From NCBI GenBank assembly GCA_010405405.1, contig MU004230.1, positions 2,700,627 through 2,764,626 on the forward strand: a DNA stretch of 64,000 nucleotides, given 5' to 3'. The notes beneath the pieces are model-generated. The model saw only the letters and a list, made by a program, of their open reading frames with translations. It was not told where the DNA came from and searched no databases. Source of the stretch: Microthyrium microscopicum (taxonomy: Eukaryota). Below, in pieces: positions 50,005 through 63,954 of the stretch (the stretch's first letter is position 1; the number at the start of each line of letters is the position of its first letter). A program made the translations under genes and the position numbers.

Positions 50005-51088
50005 CTTGAATGTTGCCCAGGTGTGCTAGCGAGCTTTGCTAGAGCCTAGAACTAACGTAAACAACAAAAGATATGTCCAAACCAGTCCAAAAAGCCAAAA
50101 GGATAAGAGACCCTAATATGTATATTATGATATCGGTCCTTCTAACCGCCGATGCGCGCGACTTGAGCCAGATCTGTACAGTGAGGGCGAACTAGGTTGA
50201 GTTCATTGGTGGTGTTTGATATTAATTTCCAACTAACCGCGATCACAACTTTTAGATATCGGATATATCATGATTGGTGTTCCCCATATACCATGATTGG
50301 CGTTCCCCATATACACTATAACAACCGCAACTGCTACCTCTATAGGTCCTCATCGTCATGGGCAATGTATACTCAGCGCATTTTCCATGGAAAATGATGA
50401 ACGATTCCTCATTATTTTATATGCTGTTGATTATAGGTTTGTTGATCCGCTTCAAACTCCTCTGTTCAAAATAAAGTTAGCGAATTCAAGAAGAAAAAGA
50501 AAGTTGCAGAAAGTTAAGACACATGAGCGATAACTAAGTCGGTCATCCATATCAATGGAGTTACTTATATCAACAAGGACATATTAGAAAATCCTTGATT
50601 GGCTCCCAACTCCTTCTCTCAAGGAACGGCGATCTAGTTTTCTCGACAAAGAGAAACAAGAAATGATGAGTGGATTGTAGCCTAGCGTATTGAAGTAGTA
50701 GAGAGGACTACCCTGATACTTTATGTATTTGGGTATAGTGACTGTAAGAAATACTTATAGATCTCGTTGCTAGGAAATACGGGAGTTGATGTTCAATAGT
50801 GAGCGGCTTCTGGATCAGACAACGATGGAATCGTGAAGACAATGGACGATATGCGAAAGTCTTGCTTGATTCAGTAGAAAAGCTGTTTGGCACTGACAGT
50901 ATGGCAATTTCTGAAGCATAACACGTGGTATGCAAACGAGGCATTGCCTTGTATTTGATCCGCTGTGTAAGTCACATCGTCCAACGGTAAGTGGTGAGAG
51001 ATCTTGACGGCACAAAATATATGTTGGATTGGAATTAATATTACAGTTGGTATGAACACACCAGCTCTCACATAGATATAGAATATGC

Positions 51089-51807
51089 CTATACAAGTGG
51101 CTGAGGAGCGGGAGGCTCTGTTCCAGAACCCATTCTGTTTGCTGCAGGTGGGAAGAATAGCGGTAGATAAGACTGGACAGGAAGTTAGCTTCATGCCTTC
51201 TAGGCAAAATGTATCGTCTTACCATGCCAAGGGACATTGCTGTTAGAAGTTAGTGTCTGCTTTTATTCATTCCGGAATGACAATGACTTACCTGCCATGA
51301 CGAACGAGAAGTATGCGGGAGTTCCAGCTGCTGCCGCTTGAGCGGGCGTCTGAACGAGCCAGCCTTGCAAAGCAAAGAGAACGGCGGTCCTGCATATTCA
51401 GTGAGCAACAATCGCTCCTTCTTCATAGGCGCTCAAACTTACCATCCTAGCATTCTACGGACATCAGGGGTTAGCTGATACGTGGTGACCATTGTAAGTT
51501 TTGATTAACGTACTTGTTTCTGGTGATGATCTGATATCAATTAGACTAGGCGAGCGAATCGATATTGAAAGAACTTACCGCAATCATAGGGAGAGTACTT
51601 GATAGGGCGGCTTGGAGGGGTTAGAAGCGTCAACTGGGTACCATGGACCATAGACGTGACATACAACTCATATCAGGTTCATCCTTTGCCTTGGCCGGCT
51701 CTGTATAAGGGATGACTGCATGGAGTTAGATGGTGCTCATCCGCGCGTGCTTGTTATGAGCTAGGAGACATACTGAGATCATGTCTTTTCATGTCCTTCT
51801 TAGACAT
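51089..51807 (-). CDS. Asterix/PAT10 (UPF0139) small ER membrane chaperone homologue, 114 aa, eight exons
   Basis: Exons 51807-51774, 51715-51665, 51610-51579, 51530-51514, 51454-51443, 51389-51292, 51239-51223, 51172-51089 (345 nt, all GT-AG) give MSKKDMKRHDLIIPY...SSTLPMIAIITRNKMLGWTAVLFALQGWL...YFSFVMAAMSLGMSYLPLFFPP; three hydrophobic segments. Family assignment is from recalled motif similarity. Confidence 0.8.
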
Positions 51808-53290
51808 GATGATGGCAAAACAGGAGACGGAGTGACTTTGATGAGATAAAGGCAGAGTTGAAGAAAGTCTTCGGGTTGGTACAGTACTCGATGAATCCAG
51901 TCGCGATTGTAGACATCAAGCTTGGTGCAGATGCGATACTGTCGCTGAAAGAGGCTAGCGTGAATCTGTCATCTCCACGTGAACCGTCATGGATGATGCT
52001 TGCTTTGTCTAAAAGTCCCTCGGACCCTCCCGTCTCATCTTCGAGACGACGGCAAATCCGGCCATAATTATCTTGGGGATATCGCTCTTCCCTGCTCCCT
52101 TCTTTGTACATAAGCAACTTAGTACAAGAATGCAGTTGACTATCTCATCAAGTCAAGAGGACTTATGGAGTATGCCACAGCAGCACCGTACAACCACCCC
52201 CGCCCATGAAATCGGCACCAATCCGTATGCCGATACGGATGTGCTCAATACTATGGATCTGTCCTAACAAGATAGTTGCACGAGTATCTGTACAACCATA
52301 CCTTTAGGGAATAGCAGAGATATTGTCTGCCCTGACTTGGTACATTCGCCCCTGTCTCGTGCCCTCGTTCAATCTCAACTTCTCTTTGACGTTCGGAAGT
52401 CTGGACCGTGGAGAGTTGACATTATGGAGTCTGGACATGTGTGAACCAACAATCGACATTCAGATAAAACTACGCCTAGGTAGTGCATATCTTGTAGGGT
52501 CAATGATTGACCATAAATCCTGGGGTTTGAAGCAAGATTGAACCAGAAATACACTTCGAAACATCTGCTCAGAACTACTCCCATGCCATGGACATATGCC
52601 ACAATCAAGATTGCGAATAGCGTAATTGATGACTTTATCACCTGTCTGGCCCTTTGCCACTATCGAATCCCTTCAGCGTTACTGGTGGTGTCGTGCAATC
52701 TCGCCATTGGTGCCTCGAACCGCTCATCTGCACCACTCTGCTGCCATCCTTCAGCTTAGAGCCAGCAGCCACGCGCACTTGGGTGTATTATCCGGATAAA
52801 GTAGCAACGAAATAAACAGGCGATTTGCTAGTAATAATTCCAAAGAACTGAGAGCATTGAGCAGTTTGGCAGGCGAAACAATGCTTTCCTCACACTGCTA
52901 GGACCAGGCACGCAGGTTGTTGGGTTGAGCTGTGAGCCAGGCCAGCAAATTGGAGAGGACAAGAATGGCAGCATTGTTTCGGCAACTCGTGTCCGTCCAA
53001 ACCCAGTCAAGCCTCAAGCACCACCACGCCTCAAGCCTCAACCACCATACAACTACATCTCTCTTTCCATATACTACTATCCAGCGCTATTACTTATTAT
53101 CCTCAACATATCGCTACAATCTAAGCCCGAAATCCGAAGACCATCATATTACATCGCCACCTTGACAACTTTTCCCTACAATTCCGTCTCATACAAATCG
53201 GCCCATGCTTCTTCATCCATTCGCCTCGATACATCCGCCCTTCCGACGTCGTCTCGCTTCACACCCATCATGTATCCCCCGCTTTAGGTG

Positions 53291-56200
53291 ATGAGCTCTC
53301 GTTTTCCTGTGGGGATTCAACAGCCCTCCCCACAGCCGTTGGCTGTCCATCATGGCCGTCCAACGCTCTCAACATCCGCTGGAGCCGCTGCCAACAACAG
53401 TCGCAACATGAGGCAGGGGGGAGTCGCAACCTCGAGCGCAATCAGCGGGTTCTCGGACTCCCCTGCCTCTGATTATGTGCCTGTCAATGTCAAATTAGAG
53501 ACAGACAGCGACATTACTGCCTCGCCTGCGCCAGACTTTTATGCCGAGCTGGCTCCTCTTCCTCCTCGGCCGGCCTTCCATACATTAAACCGCAAGCTTC
53601 CAACTTCCACTCCACCTGCTCTTCCGGCTGTCGCAACTGTCAATACTCTTGTCAACGATGTTCGCGCGCAAAATATGGAGATACCACCGGCATCGCGGGT
53701 ATACCCACAAGGAGGTGAGTACCGAGAAATTCTTCTTATATCGATCTTTTATTGACTAATATTTCACCAGGAATCGCCGATTTTTCTCCCTGGAAAGGAA
53801 AGCATAGCGAAAAACCTCCCGTCGAAGATATCATGAACGAGCAGAGTATCAAATCTGGCTTCCAAAATAAATCCGCCATCAACAACGAATCAAATACTGC
53901 TCGGCCGTCTCTATGGTCTCACTTAAAGAAACAAGGTGGTCCCCAAAATCTATCGTCCTTATTCGTCAGCTTGTTGGAGAAGCGCCAAGTTGCTGGTCGT
54001 GTATCGGGATCGTCAACTTTCAAACCTCCGCCGCGGCTTGCTATGAGTAACACCAGGAGAGAAGCTTTTCTCCACGAGCTTGCTGATCCAACTTGGCCGT
54101 TGCGCAAACTCAACCGTTCCGTACCATCTACCATTGTTGGCAGAGTTTTGTTGGATCAATGCCTTAGCAAGAATATTCCAATACCCCGGGCAATATGGCT
54201 GGCAAAATGCAACGGCGCAAATGAGATGCGGGCACTCAAACGAAAATCGACTACTGGAACAACGACCATGGGGAGCGAGACTAGGTGGATCAAAGATTGG
54301 ACTGTGCAGGTGGAGCAGTTTCTCCAAAGTGTCATCCACAATGTTGGCGAAGCAGACTGGAAGACTCAAGTCGACTATGCCATTCGCCTATCGTCGCATT
54401 TTTTTTCAGAACATCTTTTGGACAACGAGCACTATCTCGACTGGTTACTCAAGTCGATAGAAACTTGCACCACTCAACATCTTCCGATATGGCTTCTCTT
54501 GGTGCAAATTTACTGGCCTTCTTTGACAGGCTATCGAAGGCGAGGTTGTCGTCTTGCTGAATCCTTTCTGGCTCATCTAGAAAAGATCAAGGCCGACGAA
54601 TCGGATGATCTACTCGCACCTATCATCGATAAATTGGAGGCTCTGATAACGATACTGGCCATTTCTCACCACGGATGCTTGATACTTCCCCGGACTTGGG
54701 CAAGATTCAGCGCTTTCTTCACATCTACAGCGAAAAGATCTACGGATATGAGATTACCGGAGGCTATTTCCAATCTAATATATCGCAATAATAGGCTCAC
54801 AGATCGCTCTTCCAGTCGTTCCACAAACATCAACGAAAAAAGCAAGATCATCGAATGTCTAGATCAACAAGCATTGAATTTATCCCCAAAAGAGATTGTA
54901 TCCAATATTTTAGACATCTCGGATAATCTGGACACCATAGTACCTATTCTTCTTCAATGGGCGTCCTCAATCCATCGCAGCGGTAGATATCGTATCTATG
55001 CAGTTGTTCGAATTCTACGCCGTTTACGGCATCTGGACGACGAATTCGATGAGCTGCTCTGGACGTCTATTCAACAATTACACAACTCTCAAGATCTTGT
55101 ACATCAGAGGCTCTTCCAGATCGTGGTTGAATTAGTCAGAGCAAGTCAATTCTCGGTCGGGCGATTCGTTCAGCACTTGATTGCAATTGGAGCATCAAGC
55201 GGAAAAGATCCGAGGAATGACTGTCTCCTACAGTTGCTCAAGCACATTCCGGACGTCAACTTGCCCGAAGGGGTATCAAACATGCGGCTCAGCATATTAA
55301 AGACTACCGGGCTGGTTTCGCTTACAGGAGAAGAGTTATTTACGAAACAGAAAGCGGCTATACTTGTCGAGTTGGCAGGGTCGAACGCATCATATGCTTG
55401 TCCTGCTGTTAGTAGGTCATTTGGTGACCTCTCCCTCTGCCAAAAGTTCGAACTCGGCCATGCGATTCGAAACGAGATGCTTTCCATCTTAGATGATATC
55501 ATTTCTTCAAGAGATAGGCACCTAACCCAACCTGAAGCTGCCAGAACTTTTGAGAGCCAATTCTTCTATGCGAGGGCTATCATGGAAGAGATATCGGAGT
55601 ATCCATGTCTCGCTGATATCCTTGGAAATATGCTGGACCTCGAAAACCAAACAATCTTGACGTTTGTCATGGAGACACTCCACTTTGGCCATCGCAATTT
55701 CATCAGCATTGGTGCTATGCATCCTCTCTTTGACAAGCTAGTAACAACATACGAAACGATCAGGGCCCGTCAACCTTTGATGAGACCATTTTGTTCCGAG
55801 ATGCTGGACTTATCATCAACGCTCGACACGAATCAAGTCTTGGTCGCCCAAGTCACGAATGATCTTCTTCGATCGGATCATATTCAAGCTGCTACAATTT
55901 GCTCTCCTGCCTCTGACAATGCTGGGGACTTCATGCAATTGAATACAGCGGAAACTGATGATGAGATTGAACGCATCTTGTCAAGTGGAACCACCATGGA
56001 TGATCAAGCAATGGGTCGTGTTTTCAAGAGAATTTTTGCGAGACTTGAAGTTGCCTACAAGACAAAAGCCACCGACCAACTGCAGTTTGGAAATTGGTTT
56101 ACTCGATTGAGAAGTTTTGATCCGACTTCTTTCGACACCTTGTTGCGTCAACATCTTAGTGAGCTATTGATGACTTCCCAAGGACTGGAGATGACGTTTA

Positions 56201-57848
56201 ACTTCCTGTTACAAGTCATAATTGGCAGCTCGTGCATGACGCTTGCAGAATTCTCTTCATTCTCGCAAAATGCAGCAAATGTACAAAATCAAAGCGATGC
56301 TCTCCAATTTCAAGGAAAACTCGCGCTGCTTATGGCATGCATTCCAGAATCCACTAAGAGACCCAATGTATGCATACAAGACATGTACCGATTTAGGCTT
56401 TGCCAGAAGGTCTACGCGTCAGCATATCCAAGCGCGATGTTCACTCTGCTTGGAGATATCTTCACATTCGCTGATAATATCTCTATTGATGATGCTGATG
56501 AGGCTATACAGCGTCTCCTCTCCAGCTCTGGACTGACCCAGACTCTGATTGATACCCTGGCGACGTCACAGGAGCAAAGACTCGAGTTTATCAATCTCCT
56601 GCGATCTTTGAGTGCGACAACGATCCAGTATGGCCAAACCCTAACGGGACTACTGGTCAATCCCAACCAATCCGTGGCTATGAAAACATCTCTGGATGAG
56701 CAAGTACTGCGAGTTTTGCGATCTATGGACGAGCTATCCGTTTCGTTCGGGTCCTTGAATCTTGATGCAATGCAGTGTGAGAGCTCTTTGGCGCAGAACA
56801 TGTCATCAGGCAGCCTTGCGACATCTCTCATGCGGGCAATGTTTACTGTTGTGAATGATTCCAATAGCATCTGCTTTGAAATACTTTCGTATCTCGGGCA
56901 CAACGTCAAAGAAGAAATATTTCAGCTTGCAGAAGATCATATCTTGGGTTTGAATATAGCGACAACTAGCTTGTCTCAGACAGCGGAAGGCAACTCTTCC
57001 GAGCTGCAGAATTACCTTCGTGTCATCCAACAAGTTGCTGGCAGTGCCACTACGGATAATGACGCTTCATCAATATCTGGAATTATGGAGAAACTCAAAA
57101 GTATCATCAGCATATTCAATGCGGATCTAGAGGATGGTACAATCGGATCCGATTGCAAGCCATCCATTTCAGTGCTTGAAGACTGGTAAGCATACATATC
57201 CTCAAAGACTTCACCGAAAAGCTAATCTTCAATAGGATCCGCGCTCTGTTGCAACTCATCATAATCCAACGTCAGACCTCGTCAACTCAAAAACTAGCTC
57301 CTCACGACAGCCTTACCTTTTATTCGCTCCTCTCTACTCTGCTCGTATATCCCCAACTACAAACATCAATCGATCTTCTCGATTTTATGTTTGACGTAGC
57401 CGCCATGTTTTCCGACGATCTAACCGACGAACAACGCACATTCATGTCCAAGTCAGACTTCTGGCGCGCCTCCGACCCACGCCTCTCCTTCCTCCAAGGT
57501 CCATCAGCCTGCCCAGCAGACGCTTGGCTGGGTCTAGTCCTCGCACAACCAGCTTCTACTGGCAGCGTCAGCGCACCCTCCTCCCAAACTCCTGCCCCAC
57601 GAACGCCTATCACCAAACAACAGTCCTCACAACAAAGTCGTCCTGGCTCTCAACAACGCGGTAGCTCTCAAACCCAAACCGCTCAACTACCCGGCCAACT
57701 ACGCAGCAATCAAGCGCCGCCAAAGACGTTCGCGCCACCAGTGCAGTTCCCGCTCAAGTATTGGGAATTGCTGCCAGACCAAGGAGCTGCTGGCGCAGCG
57801 AACGATACTGCTATCAGCTTGAGCTTATTTGGCACGAGGAAGGCATAG
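53291..57848 (+). CDS. SRB8: Mediator kinase-module subunit Med12 (Srb8)
   Basis: Exons 53291-53714, 53771-57185, 57236-57848; Med12 domain STFKPPPRL...REAFLHELADP..PLRKLNRSVP...LLDQCLSKNIPIPRAIWLAKC; ADFSPWKGKH; C-terminus NDTAISLSLFGTRKA. Confidence 0.92.
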
Positions 57849-59225
57849 AACATGTCCTTTTTGGCCATTGATGTCAAAACCGCCTCCTCATAATACTCCA
57901 TCCGACCTCCACCACCACGATCTCTGCAAGTCCGTGTCACTTTTGCATATACACATCTTCCAACTTGTGGCTAAACACTGCCCGTTTCCATGTTTGTCTT
58001 TAGTCATAGAGCGTTTTATTTGCATCATTTTTTCTGTCTCATTATGTTTTCATATCATTGTACTTGCTTGCGCTGCGTTGTGTTTCCGTGCTGGTTTGGC
58101 GGTTGGTGCATTTGTTAACGAACTGTACTGAATGATACGATGATACCTCTGTTTGCCTTGCTTTTAGCATATTTTTTGGTTTTTAGGTTGGATGATAGCG
58201 ATGCTTGGATGCTAGTACTAGTCAGTATTGATTGGTATAGGGGTATATCTTATCTTGCTGAATATATATACTCTTTGACGTCCTTGAATTTGTTTACTTG
58301 AGCCATGTGTACATTCGAACTAGAATGCTGGTTCAGAACAGGCTGATGAGTAAGGAATGTGCTCCAAGTACTGAAAAGGGGGAAGCGATCACGCTTGACA
58401 TCCATATGAGATGCGCCTGTAGGCTGTCGCGATGACAGTCAGAATACAAGCACATGAAAGCCCATGGAAAGTTAGAATAGCACAAACGGAGATCCATCGG
58501 GCATAATTGACTTTGAGAACTAGATAGCTTGAAGTATAATTTCATACCTATCCACCACCAGCTCCTGTTACCACCAGTATACCCCTACCAGCAACAAAAT
58601 ATCCTGTCTTGCCTGTCCTGGTACCAACAGATGATCGTCAAAACCTACACACCAGATCCCAGCCAACAATCATGATAATCCGATCTGTCCAAGGAGCCGA
58701 GTTTATCACAAGGGCAATGGACAAATTTGACAATTCCCATCACGACATACAGACAGACAAACGACGAATTTGTAGTTCACTAGATGATACAATTTCAACT
58801 TGCTATAATATAGCTAACTAACAAGGGGGGCGTTCAGATGCAATTCCTCGCTTGCTCGCTCTCAAGATTAAGGCACCCCAATGCACCCATTCCCGCCCGC
58901 GCGAGGGCCCGTAACAGATCATGTGGCGGAGAAGTGTGTCTTTTAGAAAAACAAGAATCGTAAATATCGTAGTAGTTGTGGCATGTAGACAATAAGTTGT
59001 GTGTGTTGTGTGACTGAAGCAAAGGGTATCAAAATCTGCAATGTGCCTAGCAACCTCCCAAAACCGCTTCCTGGCAAGGTCGTGATGAGTGTATCAATGA
59101 ATTCGTCCAAGCGATATACATGGAGAAGGATGTTTGGTGGTATGTGTGTTTTCGTAAGAGTCGTAGATGATTTGATGGGAGGGGGCAAATAATCGGATGT
59201 AGATTGAATAAGTGGTAAATTACGG

Positions 59226-60575
59226 TTACCGAACGCCTGCTTCTAGTTGGCTAGGTGTTGGCTGTGTTGTGCTTGTTCCGGTGGTCGCTGCTGGGGTATT
59301 CTGTTGATTCCTGCGGAACGGCCACCGCACGTTGGAGAATCGACTGGGTGGCGTTTGATCTTGTGTGGGGTCTTGATTTTGAGTTGCTCCTCTTCTTGAT
59401 GCACTGTCTCGGTTGACACCGAGTAGTAGTAATCTAGAACGACCGCCTAGCCACGTAGATTGTGGAGGCTGTGGCATTCTGAGAGCGTCATTAGCTCCAC
59501 GAGATCGTCTGCTACCACTTGTAGCAGCACCGCTTTCTCCCTCGGGACGAGGTTTTGGAGTATAGTAGTCGGCTTTGCACAATGGACAGCAAGCACGGCG
59601 ACCGGTGAGCCATGGGTCCACGCATGCAGCATGGAAGGCATGTCCACAAGTCAATCCTCGTACATCGTCATCATCCTCCAAGACATCAAGGCATATAGCA
59701 CAAGTATCACCTGGCTGACTAAGAAGATCTGGGTCATGAGAAATGGCATTCTCAATGGCATCATTTTCATCCTCCGAATCATCCGTGACATCCGGAGAGG
59801 CTTCTGAATGCACTGTTGCCACCGCTGGGGCAGTAGGAGCAACATGTTCCGTTTTTTCTATTGCAACTTTCTCAGAAACCACCTCTTCCTTGATCGGAGG
59901 TACAGTAGCGGCTGGAGTGGCAGATTCGGTATTCTCGCTGCGAGTGGCAGGTGTAGAGTCTGAGATCTTGACGTCCTTAATATCCACCTTGCTTCCAGTA
60001 GATATAGGTCGATGCATGTTGGATAATGATGATCCGGGTCTATTCGATTCTTGAGATTTCCTGATTATACCATCGACATTCTTGAGACTGGCGGCACGAC
60101 TTGGTGGCACAGAAATGCCACCCGCACTCGATAAGCCTTCGTGCTCCCGAGAAGCACGCCATGCCTTGTATTTCGTAAGAGGGAATTTGTTGTTCACCTC
60201 GTCCATAGTCATCAACTTCTTTTCTCTCCTCCGGCGATGAGGACGGGGCATCGTAGATAGATCGATTGGGTCGCCATCGGCATGTGCACGGAGGGCGCGA
60301 TTTCTTTGATTATATCGGAAGCAGTATTTGACGCCAACAATAATCCTAATGGACCGTTAGAAATATTCGACAACACCTGAGCGCGTGCATAAAGCTTACC
60401 AGAGGTTTGTAAACACAACACCGAAGCCAAGAGCGACGAAGAACAGCAGCGGCGAGCTGCTGCTATTCTGACTATTGCCATTACCGGTCGGCATTGAGTT
60501 GGATGCTGAAGAAGTAGCAGACGCACTGCTCGACGACACCGGCGATGCCGTTGTCGATACGGCTGATGTACTCAT
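59226..60575 (-). CDS. Transmembrane RING-H2 E3 ubiquitin ligase
   Basis: Exons 60575-60400 and 60345-59226; TM segment SSPLLFFVALGFGVVFTNLWIIVGVKYCFRY; RING-H2 CAICLD...LTCGHAFHAACVDPWL...CPLCK. Confidence 0.88.
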
Positions 60576-63271
60576 TGTGACGAATTGGAGTGACAGTGAG
60601 GGTGAAGCAAGGGCTTGGTGACCAAATATGTGAAGGTGAGGAGTATATTCAAAATGACCGCAGGGGCAGGAAATGCAGACGCAGTTTCAAAACAAAATGG
60701 GCCAGCGGTGCATTAATTGGCGGGTTGTGAAGATTTGAGGCGATCGTGAGGGTGCACGGTCACAGGGTGCAGGCGACTCCACCTTGCAGTGGTGAGATGG
60801 GGAGAGGAGCGGGTGAGGCGGGATACAGAGCGAGTCTCTATCAACTTGTTATCTGGTACCGAAGGAGGTTGTTCAACCCCTTCGTAAATTATTCAAACTG
60901 GTCGACTAAGGAATGGCTAGAATAGGGGCGGATTGTTGGTAATATATCCCTAGTGCAGCGTGGAATCGGAGTTTCCAGCTGGGAGTATGATCCAGTTGAG
61001 CGGCGACGGATATCAGCGAGCCGACGGAGAGGGGAATGTCGACAGGAAATCAAGGACGTAACATTGCAATATTGTGGATTTGCAGACTGAATATGTCGGC
61101 AGATTGATAAGGTTCGCGAAATAGCAAGAGGAGAAATTGAAGATTGGCGATAGATTGTTGGAGGAGAAGGCGCAATGTTGGAAGAGGACAAGAATGGAGA
61201 GAGTAGAGTAGAGTAGAGTAATGGATGGATGGATGACAGTTGCTGAACTTAGAGTTGGGTGTCGCAAACCCCAGCGGGCTGCCAATCTGGCAGATGAAGG
61301 GTGCAGCACTGCTGGTTCAAGGTTGCCGCAAAAGAAACCCAGCCCTTTCTCAATTCTGATCCAGCAGGACCACGCTCACTCGCTGCAAATGCAACTGCAA
61401 GGCAAGCCAAAGCAAGGTCAAGACCAGGACGGCCACCAGGAAGACGAGGACCGCACCGCTTGGACTGTACTGGTGTGTAAAGAAAAGATGGGGTCGGCGG
61501 GCCAGCCACTCTCCGCCAGCCTGCTTGCTTGCTTTTTTGGTGTTTTGGGATTGCTACCCGGTCTATCAACCAATTGTAGGTGAGAGTGAGAGGAAGATGA
61601 ACGACTTTGATGCATAAATCCAGCCCTTGTCATAACTTGACGCCCTCTCAAGCTTATTCAGCTGTATTGAGCTACCTCTTTATGGAATAGTCTGATATCG
61701 TGCTCTAGCGCTTCATGCAACCCCCCGGTCGAGCAGTCGCAATCGACCATTTGGAGTGGGGCAGGCACGCTTGACCTGCTTGACCTCATCAACCTGTCAC
61801 TCTCAAATAGATGACCTCCAAAGCACTACCCCTAGCAATTCCATCTCTCTATTAATTCCAGATTAATTGCATACACTCTTCTCCCTCCTGTACATCCCGT
61901 TCACGATGGCAAAATCTTCTCAATCGTCTTATCGTCCTCATGCAGGCACTCGTGGCCTTTATGTTCTTTGCCACAACACGAATCCATCATCAAAATCCGA
62001 ATACCCATCACGGTATTTGAGTTGAAAGCGTCGTCATGTATTTTATGTCTCAGCCTTGTCTCCTCCAATCTCGTATCAGAACTTCCCGGCTACCAATGTC
62101 TCCGCTTATCATCTCTTATGGAAAAGTACGAAATACGATGGTCTACACCGTACTTGGTGGGTACAACAAAAGCATCTATATAACTGTCATCAAGTCTGCC
62201 CCACCATGAAGGTTGATATCATAACCACCATCATACGAAAAACCATTAGCGTCATAGACCAATCGAGTGGAGTACTATTTACTGCCGTGTCAGTGCAGAG
62301 ATGCAGCACTACTGGCTCTGTGCACTCTTGTCCCCTTCATCTATGTACTTTTCAAGGCAAGCCGGCAAGGAAACGGACATGACAAGACTGATGTGAGAAG
62401 TTTCGCATTTGTTTGTTCGTTGTAACCGCCACTGGTCCAACCTAAATTGCGCAGGCTCATAAGAGGCTCCGGGTTTCTCCATTTATAACACTCCGTTCAT
62501 GCAAGCTCCTATCTTTGATTCAAACAAATTGAGATATAGCTGGCTAGCGTGACATGTCCAATTCTTAAAGTGGTTTCTTGTCTGACATGTTCAGCATGTT
62601 GAACCACAGCTGGCGTGAGCTGCGTAACAAGCCACAACAGCCTCAGTTGTAATTTTATCAATTTACGTGCAGAAATGGAACGCATGTCATCTATATTTTG
62701 ACAGATCCACGAAATATGAGATGTTGTGTCTTGATATCTGTGCTTGTAGTTGTACCATCCTGAAATATCTTTCGTCCTATGCAGGTTCGCCGATATCATC
62801 AGAGGATGTATGCAATTGCTAGTGTAATATACACTCCCTTTATATTCGACTTTCGTTAGAGACATGATTAGCTATCTCGTGCTACTTGAAAGCTTAAGTC
62901 AGAGCCTCATTTTTTCTTTTAGCAGAAAATCGTGAACTGTTCCGCCTTGTCCCATTTCATTGGCCGGTCCCACCAGGTACCTCCAGGTCCTTCCAAAATA
63001 TTCACACTCGAAATAAACAACTCCAAACTCATCCTCGCCCATAATACCCCGACCACTATTAATCTTTTCCATTTTGCCGCTTACAACAGGGTTATTTGCT
63101 TGCCTTGCTTATTCCCACATCAAATCCTCATCCTTCAGTTCAAGTTCGGAACATCGCCAATCTATCTGACACCAAGGCCCGCCACACCTTCAAACCACCA
63201 GCACTAACATCCGAATATCAGCATCCGATCATCAACATCCGAGTCTGACCGTCCAAGCACTTCAAACAACA

Positions 63272-63954
63272 ATGGCTGAGCAACAAGCAAATCCCATAGT
63301 CTTTTTTGACATCAAACTAGGCGGTACGTTATTTTTGAACACCATCACCATAGCCCTCGCTGCACATCCAGCTTGCCCCAAGGGACATGTAATTGTTGTT
63401 CTTAAAGAACTTCAGCCCTGCAATGGTTTCCCCTGTATCACCTTGCTCAAACGGGCCATGTTCCCAAATAAGACAAATTTAGGGCCATTACACTTGTTCT
63501 AAGCCTAATACCTCCAGAAAAGGAATGATTAGGGTAACATCGAGGCTGACATTATCAACCATAGGAGAGCCTCTTGGACGAGTCAAGATGGAGCTGTTCA
63601 AGGACGTTGTGCCTCGGACGGCGGAGAACTTTCGACAGTTTTGTACGGGCGAGACGAAAGGACCGCAGGGACGGGCTCAGGGATATAAGGGTGCGAAATT
63701 TCATCGTGTGGTATGTCTAAAACCTCCTTCCCAAACTTTGGTGGTGGTGGATATACGTTCGGCAGGTTATGTGTGGTTCGTGGTGTGTAGGTATTGTGTG
63801 CTGATGGGCATTCTAGATCAAAGATTTCATGATCCAAGGCGGCGATTTCCTTAATGGCGATGGAACGGGCTCAACATGTATCTATGGGACTCGCAATTTC
63901 GCTGATGAGAATTTTGATTTGAAGCATGATACGCCTGGTTTGTTGAGTATGGCG
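63272..63954 (+). CDS. PPIH: Peptidyl-prolyl cis-trans isomerase H (cyclophilin H), 3' truncated by the window
   Basis: Exons 63272-63323, 63565-63710, 63817-63954, then an intron runs off the edge; [41 protein letters not shown]...[22 protein letters not shown]...FADENF. The RQFCTGE and DFLNGDGTG variants point to the PPIH subfamily. Confidence 0.88.

Noticed and set aside
50708..52267. ORFs listed around the Asterix-like gene
   Set aside because: Intron-spanning or UTR read-throughs; the spliced 114-aa model explains the region.
61900..62865. Possible decayed or small gene on the minus strand (ORF 62509-62865 and coding-like stretches)
   Set aside because: No recognisable domain and no consistent splice model could be built.
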